64,000 bases of DNA from an uncultured Chloroflexia bacterium (GCA_963768655.1 CAVYIM010000005.1:32001-96000), one strand, 5' to 3'. Shown: positions 37,933-49,157, counted from the stretch's first letter. A program made the numbers and translations. The notes: generated from the letters alone by a model not told the origin.

Positions 37933-37958
37933 GAAGGGCGCCCGCGCGGGCGCCCTTC
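37933..37958. terminator. Palindromic hairpin between convergent genes
   Basis: GAAGGGCGCCCGC/GCGGGCGCCCTTC perfect inverted repeat. Confidence 0.65.
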
Positions 37959-37982
37959 GAGCGATTCGGGAAGCGAGCGAGG

Positions 37983-39380
37983 CTACCGGGCGGCCTTCAG
38001 GCCTTCCGGCACCGGCTTGTGGAACTCGACCGGCTTGACGTACTTCTCGACCAGGGCCCGGCTCCCGGGGGTGCCGAGCTGCTTGAAGAGGAAGTCGACC
38101 TTGGCAGCCTGCGAGGCGAGGATGGCGTCCTTCGTGGGCAGGTCCCAGAGCTGGCGCTTGAACGGGCCGATCGCCTTCTTGCGAGCCGTGTAGACGAACT
38201 GAGTGTCCGTCTGATCGGGCTTGCGCTCGTCCTGGCAATTGGCGAAGACCCACGCCTCGATTGCCTTGTGCATCTCGGCCGGGAAGGCCGGGTGCTCGAA
38301 CAGGGCGTTCTGGAAGCCGGTGGCGAGGTGGATCTCGGCACAGCCGGTGGCCGGGAACTTGTGGAACATGTCGTCCGGCAGAGTGCTCGCGCCGTGCTGG
38401 ACTGCCCCCGACAGCCCGTACGAGCGGGCAACGGCCGAAAGCTCGGTCAGGACGCCAAAGTCGAGCGCGACTTCGGCCACGCCGCCGTCTGCCAGCGGAG
38501 TACCGCCGTGGCTGGTGCCGGTCTGGACGGAAACCTTCGAGAGGCCGATGGCGCCCTTCGCCCGTTTGTCCAGCTCGCGCCGGTAGCCGTCGAGGTACGC
38601 CTTCAGCTCGTCCGTTGTGGAGTTCTTCTTGCCGACCTCGCCGATCTCGCCGCCGGTGCTTACGGTCACGCCGTCGGTCTCGAGCGAGCGGATGAGGGCG
38701 GTCAACTCGGCCGCGCGCACGTAGTTCTCATGCTGCTGCTCGTCCAAAGTGGCGAACGACAAATCCACGAGAGTCGAGCTGTCGATGTCGATGTTCCGGT
38801 AGCCGGCGGCGATGGCGTCGCGGCAGGCCTTGCGGATCTCGTCGGTCACCTTCTCGGCGTCGGCCGCGTACTTCTTGGCGTTGAACTGGTAGTGGTCGCC
38901 CTGGACGAAGACGGGGCCCTTCCAGCCCGCGGCGATGGCGCCGGCGAGAACGCTCGTGGCGTACTCGAAGACGCGCTGGAAGGTGTAGGTCTGCTCCGAG
39001 CGGGCCAGCTCGAAGATGACGGCGGCGGAGTCGTTCTTCTGGGCCGTCTCCAGGATGACGCGGGCCATGTCGAAGGTCTGAGCCCGCAGATTGATGGCCG
39101 GAACGGTCATCCCCTGGTATTCGTTTCGCGAGCGCGCCTTGTACAGCTCCTGGATGCTGGCCGAGCGGGCTCCGGTGGCCTGGCTGGCTTCCCAGACGAT
39201 CCAGCGGGCGGCCTCGACTGTCGCCTCATCCTCGCTGAAAGTGGCAGTCCAGGCCAGATCGTAGATGCCGCGCGTCCGGAGGGCGGCGTCGTCGGCGATG
39301 ACGAGCCTCTCCCCATCGATCCGGACGATGCCGTCGAGGGCGGCAAGGAGCTCCTTGACGGAGCCGGCAACCTTGGGCAT
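37983..39380 (-). CDS. Class II fructose-bisphosphate aldolase family protein
   Basis: VPAINLR, QGDHYQ, GEIGEVG, GTSHGG, VQHGAS zinc-binding motifs. Confidence 0.85.
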   Translation of the reverse strand: MPKVAGSVKELLAALDGIVRIDGERLVIADDAALRTRGIYDLAWTATFSEDEATVEAARWIVWEASQATGARSASIQELYKARSRNEYQGMTVPAINLRAQTFDMARVILETAQKNDSAAVIFELARSEQTYTFQRVFEYATSVLAGAIAAGWKGPVFVQGDHYQFNAKKYAADAEKVTDEIRKACRDAIAAGYRNIDIDSSTLVDLSFATLDEQQHENYVRAAELTALIRSLETDGVTVSTGGEIGEVGKKNSTTDELKAYLDGYRRELDKRAKGAIGLSKVSVQTGTSHGGTPLADGGVAEVALDFGVLTELSAVARSYGLSGAVQHGASTLPDDMFHKFPATGCAEIHLATGFQNALFEHPAFPAEMHKAIEAWVFANCQDERKPDQTDTQFVYTARKKAIGPFKRQLWDLPTKDAILASQAAKVDFLFKQLGTPGSRALVEKYVKPVEFHKPVPEGLKAAR

Positions 39381-39528
39381 TGCGTTCGTTCTCCTGACGA
39401 TGCCCGGGTTCAGGCGCGTCAGGCGCCCCAAAGCCGGGAACGGGTCCATTGATGGCCCGTGAATGGTACAGCGAGCGTCCGGTGCGTCGCCGTGCCGCAT
39501 GGACCTTCTCCGCCGCCGAGCGGACGGC

Positions 39529-42030
39529 TCAGGCCGGGTCGGTCGGACCGCCGGCGATGGCCTCCACGACGGCTTCGGCGTTCGTCGCGTCCGAGGCGGC
39601 CAGCGACCGATCGATCGCCGACCGAACCCTCGCCAGCAGCTGTTCGGGCACGAACGGCTTCTCGATCAGATCGACGTCACCGGGCATCTCGCCGACTCTG
39701 CCGATCGCGGCCGCTGAGTAGCCCGACGCGAAGAGAACCGCGGATTCCGGGTGCAGCACGCGCGCCACTTCGGCCACCTGCGGCCCCCGCATGTCCGGCA
39801 GGATGACGTCCACCATCAGCAGCGCGATCGGTCCCGGATGCCCGCGCAAGAGGCCGATCGCGCTCTCGCCCCGGTCGGCCAGCAGGACGCGATACCCGCG
39901 CCGGCTCAGCACCTGGAAGCTGACCGCCGCCACCGCGGGATCGTCCTCGACGACGAGGACGGTCTCCCCCAGACCATGCGCCTCCGGCCCGACCGGCTCC
40001 GGCGCCTGGGGCTGTGCGTCGACCACCTCGGGCAGCAGGATCTCGATCGTGGTGCCCTGCCCCGGCCTGGAAACGAGGCTCACCTGGCCACCCGACTGGA
40101 CGACGAAGCCCTTGACCATGGCCAGCCCGAGGCCGGTGCCCGAGCCGACCGGCTTGGTCGTGAAGAAAGGATCGAAGACCTGCGAATGCAACTCCGCCGG
40201 AATGCCGGCCCCGGTGTCGGCGACCGAGATGGCCACCCAGCGGCCGCCCTTGCCACTCGTGGGATCGTCCGAATCGCGCACATCCGTGGAGATCGTCAGC
40301 CGGCCGCCGGCCGGCATGGCGTCGCGGGCGTTCGCCGCCAGGTTCAGGATAACGCGCTCCAGGCCGCCCGGATCGACTCGGACCATGGCGGCGGAGACCC
40401 TCGACTCGATGACGACCGCAACGTCCTCGCCGAGCAGGCGCAGCAGCATGGGCCGCACGGCGGAAACCAGGCCGTTCACGTCGATCGTCTGCGGCTGCAG
40501 CATCGAGCGCCGCGAGTACGCCAGCAGCTCACGCGTGAGGTCCGCCGCCCGCTTGGCGGCGCCCAGGATGGTTTCCGCCGCCTCACGGGAGTCCGGCTCC
40601 TTGGAGGAGCTCAGGATCAGCGACGCGAAGCCCCCGATCGCCGTCAGGCTGTTGTTGAAGTCGTGGGCCACGCCGCCCGCCAGACGGCCGACCGCCTCCA
40701 TCTTCTGGGCTTCACGAAGCTGGTCCTCCATCGCGAGCGCCGCCGTGACGTCCACCGCCTGCATGGCGACGGCCATCGGCCGCCCTTCGCGATCGCGGAG
40801 GGCGCCGCCGTACAGCCTGACGCGGACCGTCCCTCCGTCCCGCTTCGATACCTGCACGAGCTCGCCGTCGAACGAAGCGCCTCTGACCGCCCGCATGAAG
40901 CGCCGTCCGATGGCCCAGCGGTCCTGGCCGTAGAGGACCGCCGGAACGGGCCGGCCGAGCACCTCCGCCTCGCTCCAGCCGAGAAGCTCGACCAGGGCGG
41001 GATTCCACAGCTGGACGGTCCGGTCCAGACCCATGACTGCCGTCGGCAGCGGCGAGCTGACGACGAGAGTGGATAGCAGTTCCGCGCCTCGCCGCAGCTC
41101 GTCCTCCGCGGCGCGACTGGCCGTTATGTCCTCGCCGAGGCTGGCCACGCCGGCCACTTGCCCGTCGGGGTCGTGGCGGGTGACGTGGCTCCACCGGATG
41201 AGCCGCCGCCCACCCGATCTGGTCAGGATGGTGCTCTCGCGGCTCCGGTCCATCGACGCGCGCCCGGCGATCACCTCACGCCAGTGTTCCCGAGCGGCCC
41301 CGCGCCGGTCGGGCGTCGAGAACGTGTCCCACCAGTCCTTGCCCAGGACTTCCTCGCGGGTCCAGCCCGTCAGGCGCAGCCCGAATTTGTTGATCATCGC
41401 CAGCCGGGAATGGGCATCGACATCGACGGCCATCAGATCCACGTCTTCGAGAAGCTCGCGAACGCGCGACTCGGCGGACACGGCAGCCTGCACTGCCCGT
41501 AGCCGACCGGAATCGAGACGCCACAACAGCGCCAGGGCAATCGCGTCGACGATCGCGAAGGCGGGAAGGACGGCGATCCCCGCCGGCGCGCTGAGATCGA
41601 GAGTTCGCAGCGCCGCAATCGAGATTCCGGTCGTGCTCCCGGCCCAGGCCGCGACGTATGGGATCCTCAGTCTGGAGGGCGGAACGAGGCGGGCCGCAAC
41701 CGCGACGCCGATGAGCGGCACGGCGACGACAAACGGCAGGACCAGTAGCTCGCCGGCGCCCAGCAGGGCCGCTTCGACGTCCAGCAGTGCCACTGCCAGG
41801 AGAATGGCCGTCGGCCGCCGACGCAGGCCGACCACGACGGCAACGAACACCAGAACCGGCAGCCAGAAGTACGTGACGGCCTCCAGAGCGGTCTGGTATG
41901 CGGGATCTTCCGAGTAGTAACCCCACAGGCCGGCAGCCAGACTCAAGAAACCGAGCATCACGGTAGCGAGCCACGCCCACCGGCCCAGCCAAGTCTCGAG
42001 CTTTGCTGTCCGCCCCTGTTCTTCGGCCAT
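39529..42030 (-). CDS. Hybrid sensor histidine kinase (TM, 2 PAS, HisKA, HATPase, receiver)
   Basis: AGGVAHDFNN H-box, NARDAM, DTGAG, FFTTK, GTGLGL, C-terminal LVVEDD receiver. Confidence 0.93.
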   Translation of the reverse strand: MAEEQGRTAKLETWLGRWAWLATVMLGFLSLAAGLWGYYSEDPAYQTALEAVTYFWLPVLVFVAVVVGLRRRPTAILLAVALLDVEAALLGAGELLVLPFVVAVPLIGVAVAARLVPPSRLRIPYVAAWAGSTTGISIAALRTLDLSAPAGIAVLPAFAIVDAIALALLWRLDSGRLRAVQAAVSAESRVRELLEDVDLMAVDVDAHSRLAMINKFGLRLTGWTREEVLGKDWWDTFSTPDRRGAAREHWREVIAGRASMDRSRESTILTRSGGRRLIRWSHVTRHDPDGQVAGVASLGEDITASRAAEDELRRGAELLSTLVVSSPLPTAVMGLDRTVQLWNPALVELLGWSEAEVLGRPVPAVLYGQDRWAIGRRFMRAVRGASFDGELVQVSKRDGGTVRVRLYGGALRDREGRPMAVAMQAVDVTAALAMEDQLREAQKMEAVGRLAGGVAHDFNNSLTAIGGFASLILSSSKEPDSREAAETILGAAKRAADLTRELLAYSRRSMLQPQTIDVNGLVSAVRPMLLRLLGEDVAVVIESRVSAAMVRVDPGGLERVILNLAANARDAMPAGGRLTISTDVRDSDDPTSGKGGRWVAISVADTGAGIPAELHSQVFDPFFTTKPVGSGTGLGLAMVKGFVVQSGGQVSLVSRPGQGTTIEILLPEVVDAQPQAPEPVGPEAHGLGETVLVVEDDPAVAAVSFQVLSRRGYRVLLADRGESAIGLLRGHPGPIALLMVDVILPDMRGPQVAEVARVLHPESAVLFASGYSAAAIGRVGEMPGDVDLIEKPFVPEQLLARVRSAIDRSLAASDATNAEAVVEAIAGGPTDPA

Positions 42031-42209
42031 CGTCTCCGTCGCGAGATCTACCCCCAGGCGCCGGTTATGCCGCGACAATCCTACCAAGGACCGCGCCGCG
42101 ACCCCTCACCAAAGGAGCCTATTTCGTGGCCGCCCGGAGGTCCCGCGTCGATCTCGACCCGGCGGGCAGCTGCCGGCGGTGCGCCGCGCCACAGGCAATG
42201 TGCCCCGAA

Positions 42210-43922
42210 CTAGCTGCGCGTCCCGGCCGACCCTCCGGCCCGGGTCATGGCGGCGACGCGAAGGCGCTTGAGCGTCTTCATGGCCGGGTCCCCGCGGCGG
42301 CCGAAGAGATCGTGCAGACGTCCGTACTCGGCGTACAGAAGGTCGTAGACGCGCCGGTTCTCCTCGATGGGCTCGTAGCCTCCCTCGCGCAGGTGAGCCA
42401 TCTTCTTGGCCGCCGCCTCGATGCTGGGGTAGCCGCCGGCTGCAGGTCCTGCAGCCACTGCCGCAAACATCGCCGAGCCAAGGGCCGGTGTCTGCGCCGA
42501 CGCCGCAACTCGGAACGAGCGCCCTGTCACGTCCGCGTAGATCTGCATGAGGGTCCGGTTGCGCTCGGGAAGCCCACCGCAGGCCACGACCCGATCGATC
42601 TGGACCCCTCCCTTCTCGAAGGCGTCGATGATCACGCGCGTTCCGAAGGCGGTGGCCTCGATCAGGGCGCGGTACATCTCCGCCGGCGTGGTCGCGAGCG
42701 TCATCCCCACCATCAGTCCCGACAGGTCCGCGTCCACGAGCACCGAACGGTTGCCGTTCCACCAGTCGAGAGCCAGCAGGCCCGACTCGCCCGGCCGAAG
42801 CTCGGCCGCCTCTTCCTCCAGGATCTCGTGCACGCTCACGCCTCGCTCGCGGGCCCTGTCGTGATAAGCCGGCGGCACGCACCGTTCCACGAACCAACCG
42901 AAGATGTCGCCCACGGCCGACTGGCCGGCCTCGTAGCCGAAGAAGCCCGGGATCACACCGTCCCGAACCACGCCGCAAGCCCCGGGGATCACCGGCGCGG
43001 TGTCGGACAGGATGATGTGGCACGTGCTAGTGCCCATGATCGCCACGAGCGTCCCGGGCGTCGTCACCGAAGCCGCCGGCGCGGAGACGTGGGCGTCGAC
43101 GTTGGCCACGGCCACGGCAATTCCGGGGCGCAGGCCCGTCCACCGCGCGGCCGTCTCGTTCAATCGTCCGGCGACTTCGCCCAGACGGGCGATCGAGCGC
43201 GACATCTTCTCGTCCACGACCCCGGCGAATGCGGGATCGAGGGCTGCGAAGAAGTCCCTGCCGGGAAAACCCTCCTCCGCCGACCAGATCGCCTTGTAGC
43301 CCGCGGTGCAGTTGTTCCTCGTCTCGACGCCGGTCAGCTGCCAGACCACCCAGTCCGCGGCCTCGATGAGGCGGTCGGCGGCACGGTATATTCCCGGCGC
43401 CTCGCGGAGGATCTGGAGGGCCTTCGGAAAGAACCATTCCGATGAGATCTTGCCGCCGTAGCGGCGCGGCCAGGTCTCGCCCATCTCAGCCGCCACGCGG
43501 TTGACGTCGTCCGCCTCAGGCTGGGCGGCATGATGCTTCCACAGCTTCACCCACGCGTGCGGCTCGCGCCGGTACTCGTCGAGGAAGCACAGTGGCGTGC
43601 CGTCGGCCAGCGTCGGAAGCATCGTGCAGGCCGTGAAGTCGATGCCGATGCCCATGACGGAGCTCGGATCGATGCCGGCTCCCGCCACCACATCGGGCAC
43701 CGCCCGCCGAAACGTCTCGAGATAGTCGTTGGGGTCCTGGAGAGCCCAGTCGGGGCCCAGGATCACGTCGCCGTCCGGCGCCGGGAGGCGCTCGTCGATG
43801 ACGCCGTTGCGATACCTGTAGACCTCGACCCCCAGTTCGCGACCGTCCGCCACGTCCACCAGAACGGCGCGCGCGGACTCCGTGCCGAAATCCACTCCTA
43901 TGGTGTAGCGAGGCTCAGACAC
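42210..43922 (-). CDS. araB: L-ribulokinase
   Basis: GVDFGTES, IDFTACT, LWKHHAAQ, DWWNGNRS; clustered with araD and araA. Confidence 0.93.
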   Translation of the reverse strand: MSEPRYTIGVDFGTESARAVLVDVADGRELGVEVYRYRNGVIDERLPAPDGDVILGPDWALQDPNDYLETFRRAVPDVVAGAGIDPSSVMGIGIDFTACTMLPTLADGTPLCFLDEYRREPHAWVKLWKHHAAQPEADDVNRVAAEMGETWPRRYGGKISSEWFFPKALQILREAPGIYRAADRLIEAADWVVWQLTGVETRNNCTAGYKAIWSAEEGFPGRDFFAALDPAFAGVVDEKMSRSIARLGEVAGRLNETAARWTGLRPGIAVAVANVDAHVSAPAASVTTPGTLVAIMGTSTCHIILSDTAPVIPGACGVVRDGVIPGFFGYEAGQSAVGDIFGWFVERCVPPAYHDRARERGVSVHEILEEEAAELRPGESGLLALDWWNGNRSVLVDADLSGLMVGMTLATTPAEMYRALIEATAFGTRVIIDAFEKGGVQIDRVVACGGLPERNRTLMQIYADVTGRSFRVAASAQTPALGSAMFAAVAAGPAAGGYPSIEAAAKKMAHLREGGYEPIEENRRVYDLLYAEYGRLHDLFGRRGDPAMKTLKRLRVAAMTRAGGSAGTRS

Positions 43923-43946
43923 CGCGTCTCCTCCGTTTCGAGACCG

Positions 43947-44651
43947 TCATCGGCGCCGTTGCCCGTAGTAGGCATCCTGGCCATGCTTGCGCCGGAAATG
44001 GCGCTCCAGCAGGTACGGGGCAAGCGGCTCCGCGTCGGGGTTGAGGGCGAACGTCTGGGTCGCCATGGCCGCCACTGCCTCCAGCGCCGTGGCGTTGTCG
44101 GCGGCATCCCGCGCGTCCCGCCCCCACGTGAAGGGGCCGTGCGACGCCACCAGGACGGCCGGCATCTCGGCGGCGCTGAGCCCAAGCCTCTCGAGAGCCT
44201 CGATGATCACGGCTCCGGTCTCGGCCTCGTATTCGCCGGCGACCTCGACTTCGCGCATCTGGCGAGTGACCGGCACCGGGCCGTGGAAATGATCCGCGTG
44301 CGTGGTGCCCAATGGCGGTATGGACCGTGCGGCCTGGGCCCAGGCCGTCGCTGCCGTCGAGTGAGTGTGCACGACGCCACCGATCTCGGGATAGCGCCGG
44401 TACAGCGCCAGGTGGGTCGGCGTGTCGGACGAGGGGTTCAACTCGCCCTCGGCCACCCGGCCGTCCTCCAGCGAGACCACGACCAGATGCTCCACGAGCA
44501 GCTGGTCGTAAGGCACGCCGCTCGGCTTGATGATCAGGACGCCCGCCTTGCGGTCGACGCCACTGGCGTTGCCGAACGACAGGGTCACCAGCCCTGCGCG
44601 AACCAGCGCCTGGTTCGCAAGCCAAACCTGTTCGCGCAGTTCAGGCAGCAT
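43947..44651 (-). CDS. araD: L-ribulose-5-phosphate 4-epimerase
   Basis: GNAS, IKPSGV, PSSDTPTH, HTHS, GTTHADHF, RKHG..AYYGQ. Confidence 0.95.
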   Translation of the reverse strand: MLPELREQVWLANQALVRAGLVTLSFGNASGVDRKAGVLIIKPSGVPYDQLLVEHLVVVSLEDGRVAEGELNPSSDTPTHLALYRRYPEIGGVVHTHSTAATAWAQAARSIPPLGTTHADHFHGPVPVTRQMREVEVAGEYEAETGAVIIEALERLGLSAAEMPAVLVASHGPFTWGRDARDAADNATALEAVAAMATQTFALNPDAEPLAPYLLERHFRRKHGQDAYYGQRRR

Positions 44652-44701
44652 GAGCGGCGACAAACCAGGTCCTCCGTGGATGCCAGCCCGGTGTCCGGAT
44701 G

Positions 44702-46210
44702 TCAGCGAAGGCCGCGGGCCAGCAGGTAATAGGCCTCGTTCCAGCGAAGCTCCTTCTTGAAGTTTGCGACGGTCGTGTCGCCGTCGATCAGCAGAAACTC
44801 GCAACCGGCCATCTCGGCGAAATCGGCGATCACCTCGGCGCCAATCGCGCGGGTCAGCACGGTGTGGTGCGACCCGCCGGCGGTGAGCCAGGACTCTGTC
44901 GCCGTGGCGAGATCCGGCCGCGGCTTCCAGACGGCGCGCCCGACCGGCAGCTTGCCCATGGGCTTGTCCGGCGGCACCAGATCGATCTCGTTCGCCAGGA
45001 TCCGAAACCGATCGCCCATGTCCATGAGGGCGACGACGATGGCCGGGCCGGAGCCCGCGTCGAAGACCAGCCGGACAGGGTCGCTCCTGCCGCCGATAGA
45101 CAGCGGGTGGATCTCGCACGAGACCCTCTTGTCCGAGATGCTCGGGCAGACCTCGAGCATGTGGGCGCCCAGCACCCTGGGCCCGGCCGGGTCGAGGTGG
45201 TATGTGTAGTCCTCCATGAAGGAGGTCCCACCGGGCAGGCCCCTGGCCATCGTCTTGACGAGGCGAACCATGACCGCCGTCTTCCAGTCGCCCTCGGCGC
45301 CGAACCCGTAGCCGTCGGCCATCAGGCGCTGCGCCGCGATGCCGGGCAGCTGCTTGAGCCCATCGAGATTCTCGAACGTGTCGGTGATGGCCCCGAAACC
45401 TCCCGCGGTCATGAACTCCCGAAGCGCGACCTCGATACGGGCCGCTTCACGCAAGGCCTCCCGGTCGGCGCCGCCGGCTCGCAGGGACGGGCCGATGTCG
45501 TAGCTAGCCTCGTAGACCTCGATGAGCTCATCGACCTTCTCGGCCGCCACAGCCCGCACGGCATCGCCGAGATCGCTCACGCTGAACCCGTTCACGGAAA
45601 TCCCAAATTTCATCTGGGCCGAGACCTTGTCGCCCTCGGTGACCGCCACGCCGCGCATGTTGTCGCCGAACCGTGCGACCCGCAGATGCTTGGCCTCGTG
45701 GAGGCCGCACGCGGCCCTGGCCCAGGCGCCGATCCTGTCCTGGACGCGGGCGTCCTGCCAGTGCCCGGCGACGGTCTTGCGGGCCAGCCCGAGCCTGGCC
45801 TCGATATGCGCGAACTCGCGGTCACCGTGGGCGGCCTGGTTCAGGTTCATGAAGTCCATGTCGATCTCGCCCCAGGGGAGATCGCGGTTGAACTGGGTGT
45901 GCAGGTGGAGGAGTGGCTTCGTCAGCGCCTGGAGCCCGCCGATCCACATCTTCGCCGGCGAGAAGGTGTGCATCCAGGCGATGACGCCGACGCATTTGTC
46001 GGTGGCGCTGGCCTCGATGCAAGAGGCGAGGATCGCCTCGGGGTTCTTGACGACCGGCTTCCAGATGACGCGGACGGGGACGGCCTCCGCCCGGTCGAGC
46101 CCGGCGGCGATCGCCCCGGAGTTCTCGGCAACCTGCCGCAGCGTCTCCTCGCCGTAGAGGTCCTGGCTGCCGGTCAGGAACCAGACTTCGAACTCGCCGA
46201 GCGCCTTCAA
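44702..46210 (-). CDS. araA: L-arabinose isomerase
   Basis: [42 protein letters not shown]; TTG start after GGGGAG. Confidence 0.96.
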   Translation of the reverse strand: MKALGEFEVWFLTGSQDLYGEETLRQVAENSGAIAAGLDRAEAVPVRVIWKPVVKNPEAILASCIEASATDKCVGVIAWMHTFSPAKMWIGGLQALTKPLLHLHTQFNRDLPWGEIDMDFMNLNQAAHGDREFAHIEARLGLARKTVAGHWQDARVQDRIGAWARAACGLHEAKHLRVARFGDNMRGVAVTEGDKVSAQMKFGISVNGFSVSDLGDAVRAVAAEKVDELIEVYEASYDIGPSLRAGGADREALREAARIEVALREFMTAGGFGAITDTFENLDGLKQLPGIAAQRLMADGYGFGAEGDWKTAVMVRLVKTMARGLPGGTSFMEDYTYHLDPAGPRVLGAHMLEVCPSISDKRVSCEIHPLSIGGRSDPVRLVFDAGSGPAIVVALMDMGDRFRILANEIDLVPPDKPMGKLPVGRAVWKPRPDLATATESWLTAGGSHHTVLTRAIGAEVIADFAEMAGCEFLLIDGDTTVANFKKELRWNEAYYLLARGLR

Positions 46211-46438
46211 CTTGCCAACTCCCCAACTACCTGACGAGACACGACCGAGGATAGCGCAGACAACGCGCTCCGCGGCCATGAGTGATCCGGGTGCTCCCCC
46301 ACCACTTGAAGGCCTTCCGGCTCGCCGGCGGACCCGCCGGCCTATACGGCACCGCGCAGCGATCAGATTTCCATGAGCGTTGCTGCCTCCGGCTCTCAAT
46401 CGTGGCCTCGCTGCCCGGGCCCGAGGCTTGAGCTCCGC

Positions 46439-47540
46439 TCAGTAACTGCGGGCCGCCAGTATCGCGGCCAGGGCCGCCGGGCCCTGCGACGCCAGGAAGA
46501 CTCCCTCCTTGGACTTGACCCAGGCCGGGCCGCCGATCTGGCCGTTGAGGCCTTCGAGGGCGGCGCTGTAGACCTGCGGGGCCAGGAGCGGGTTGTACTC
46601 GATGTCCGCGCCGAGGTCGCCGGCGATGAGGGCATTGAAGCCGTCGGCCGTGGCGTCTATGCCGACGACCATGATGTCCTTACCGGGCTTGAGGCCGGCT
46701 GCCTTGATCGCCTGGATAGCGCCGATTGCCTCCTCGTCGTCCTGGGCGAAGACGCCCTGGATGTTCTTGGTCTTCTTGAGCATGGCCGCCATGTCGGCCT
46801 TGGATTGGGCCACGCTCCAGTCGCCGTTCTGGCTGAAGCCGGTCGGGATCGTGATGCCGCAGTTGCCCATGCTGTCGCGGAAACCCGTGGCTCGGTCCAC
46901 GGCGATCGAAATCGCCCACGGGGCCGGTGATCTCGACGACGTTGTGCTTATCCGCAGAGAACCCTGCCAGGAGCGTGCACATCGCGGTCGCGGCGTTCTG
47001 CCCCTCGGAGACGAAGTCCGGGCCGACGTAGGTGTAATACAGGCTCGGGTCGGAATCGATCCGCAGGTTCTCGATGACGACGACCTTGCCGGCCGCTCTG
47101 GCTTCCTTGAGAGCGTCGTCGTAGCCGGTGGTATCGATCGGGTCGAGGACGATGACGTTGACGGCCGGATCCCCGTCGAACTGGTGGAACGCGGCGATCT
47201 GGTTCTGGAAGCTGTCCTGGGAATCGAAGAACTTCAGCGTGATGCCATCCTGGGTCGCGGTGTCCGTGAAGTTCTGAGTGTTCGCGGCCCGCCAGGGACT
47301 CTCCGATCCGGTCTGGATGAATCCGACGACCATGTCCCTGTACGTGTAGACCTTCGGCGTCGGCGTCGGGATCGGGGTGGGCGTCGGAGTCGGCGGTGGA
47401 GTGAGCGTAGCCGCCGGAGTGGTGGCCGGGGCCGTCGTCCGGGTCGGGCTGCCGAACCAGCATGCGGAAACCGCCGCCGCCAGGGCAACCATCATGGCGA
47501 CGCGAAGCGATCGAGACTTCGCCATGTGAGACTTCGTCAT
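46439..47540 (-). pseudogene. Sugar ABC transporter substrate-binding lipoprotein (YtfQ-like), frameshifted
   Basis: GFIQTGSES.WR.ANT and C-terminal EYNPLLAP lie in different frames; one extra base in the run at 46909-46911. Confidence 0.8.
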
Positions 47541-47853
47541 CGTCGACCACCGAATCCAAGTGGGCAGCTGTCGAGGCGATCCTGCGCACGTCCGGAGGGG
47601 ATCGTGCCAGCCCTTCGAACCCTCTCTGTCCGGGGAGGATCTTACAGTGGCCCGACGCCGGTGTCCGTCCGCTCGCGGAAGAGCATCTGCGACCGGCACA
47701 GGCAAGGCTCAGCCGCTCGGGCGCTGCGGTCTCGCGGGGGCCGCCACATCGCCAGGTCGCTCAAACGAGCCCCGGCATTGACATCTCTCGGCCGCCTCCC
47801 GTAGACTCCCGCAGGTCCGCCAGCAAGGCGGCAGCATCACGAGGTGTGTTTTC

Positions 47854-47946
47854 GTGCGCATCCCCGCTAACTACGCAACGGCAGGAGCCGCTCTCGCGAG
47901 CGGAAGCCCTGTCGCGTGCGGGAGATCTGCGCCCACCGGGAGCTAG
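47854..47946 (+). CDS. Putative 30-aa leader peptide
   Basis: GAGGTG RBS, GTG start, MRIPANYATAGAALASGSPVACGRSAPTGS*; overlaps the antiterminator 5' strand. Confidence 0.35.
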   Translation: MRIPANYATAGAALASGSPVACGRSAPTGS

Positions 47947-47980
47947 TTCGAGGCGGTAGTGCCGCCAGGACGAACCTCTG

Positions 47981-48013
47981 AGCCGTGGGCCAGATCGGGC
48001 CCCCGGCTTTTTT
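47981..48013 (+). terminator. Intrinsic terminator in the leader of the ABC operon (attenuator)
   Basis: AGCCG.GGGCC / GGCCC.CGGCT stem followed by a T run; competes with stem 47924-47936/47985-47996. Confidence 0.7.
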
Positions 48014-48124
48014 AGTGCCCTCTGGAGGCGGACGCCGCCTCGGGGGCGAGCCGCGAGCCCCATCCCGCTTTCGCCCAGCTCGCGGCCTCTCCACGGCCGC
48101 GAGCTCCACCCGAGGGAGGAGCCA

Positions 48125-49006
48125 ATGAGCATCGCGGTCCTGGAAGCAACTCAATCGCCGGCCTTGAGCCGGCCCATCGCCAAAGCATTCCCTGCCGGCC
48201 CGGCGGCCCTGCTGGTCGAGCATGCCACCAAGCGGTTCAAGGTCGATCGGCGCAAGCCACCGGTCCTGGCTGTGGACGACGTCTCGATCCGCATCGAGCG
48301 GGGCGAGATCTACGGCCTGCTCGGCGCCAACGGAAGCGGTAAGTCCACGTTCATTCGCCTGGTCAGCGGCCTGCTGACTCTCGACGCGGGTCGGGTCGAG
48401 GTCTTCGGCCACGACCTGGTCCGCGAGGAGATGGCGGTCAAGCGGCTGATCAATCGGGTCAGCGTCGACGCCGCCTTCTTCAAGAAACTCTCGCCGGCCG
48501 AGAACCTCTCGTTCGCGGCCCGCCTTTACGGCCTCGACTCGGGCGAAGCCCGCCGAAAGGCAGCCGAGATCATGGCCCGCCTGGGCGTTGGCGAGAAACG
48601 GATGGGCCGGCCGGTCGAGCAGATGAGCCGGGGCATGCAGCAGAAGGTCGCGATCGCCAGGGCCATCCTGACGAGCCCGACGCTGCTGCTGCTGGACGAG
48701 CCCACGACCGGGCTCGACCCCCGCTCCAAGCTCGACGTTCAAGCCTTCATCGAAGAACTTCGGGCCGATCACGACGCGACGATCGTGCTGACCACGCACG
48801 ACCTCGTGGAAGCCGATCGGCTGTGCGGGCGAATCGGGATCCTGGCCGGCGGGCGACTGACCGCCGAGGAGACACCCGAAGGGCTCAAGACTCGCGTCGC
48901 CTTCGAGTACGGGCTCTCGCCCACGCTCGAAAGCGCCTTCATGCAATACACCGGCCGCTCCCTCGATGACGACGTCGAGGAAGGCGAAGCCGAGCCGGCC
49001 GAATAG
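48125..49006 (+). CDS. ABC transporter ATP-binding protein (DrrA-like exporter)
   Basis: GANGSGKS, MSRGMQQ signature, LLLDEPT, TTH. Confidence 0.93.
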   Translation: MSIAVLEATQSPALSRPIAKAFPAGPAALLVEHATKRFKVDRRKPPVLAVDDVSIRIERGEIYGLLGANGSGKSTFIRLVSGLLTLDAGRVEVFGHDLVREEMAVKRLINRVSVDAAFFKKLSPAENLSFAARLYGLDSGEARRKAAEIMARLGVGEKRMGRPVEQMSRGMQQKVAIARAILTSPTLLLLDEPTTGLDPRSKLDVQAFIEELRADHDATIVLTTHDLVEADRLCGRIGILAGGRLTAEETPEGLKTRVAFEYGLSPTLESAFMQYTGRSLDDDVEEGEAEPAE

Positions 49007-49157
49007 CCGGTCGGCCGGCGCATTCCGTCGTTGGCTCCTGCGCTTCCTCGCTCACGCACCTTCAAGTGCGCTCGCTGCGGTGCTCGGAGCCGCCTAGGAC
49101 TGCATCCGGCGGTCCGTCTATCAGGTCGGAGCCACAGAACCTGAAAGGGACACTTCG

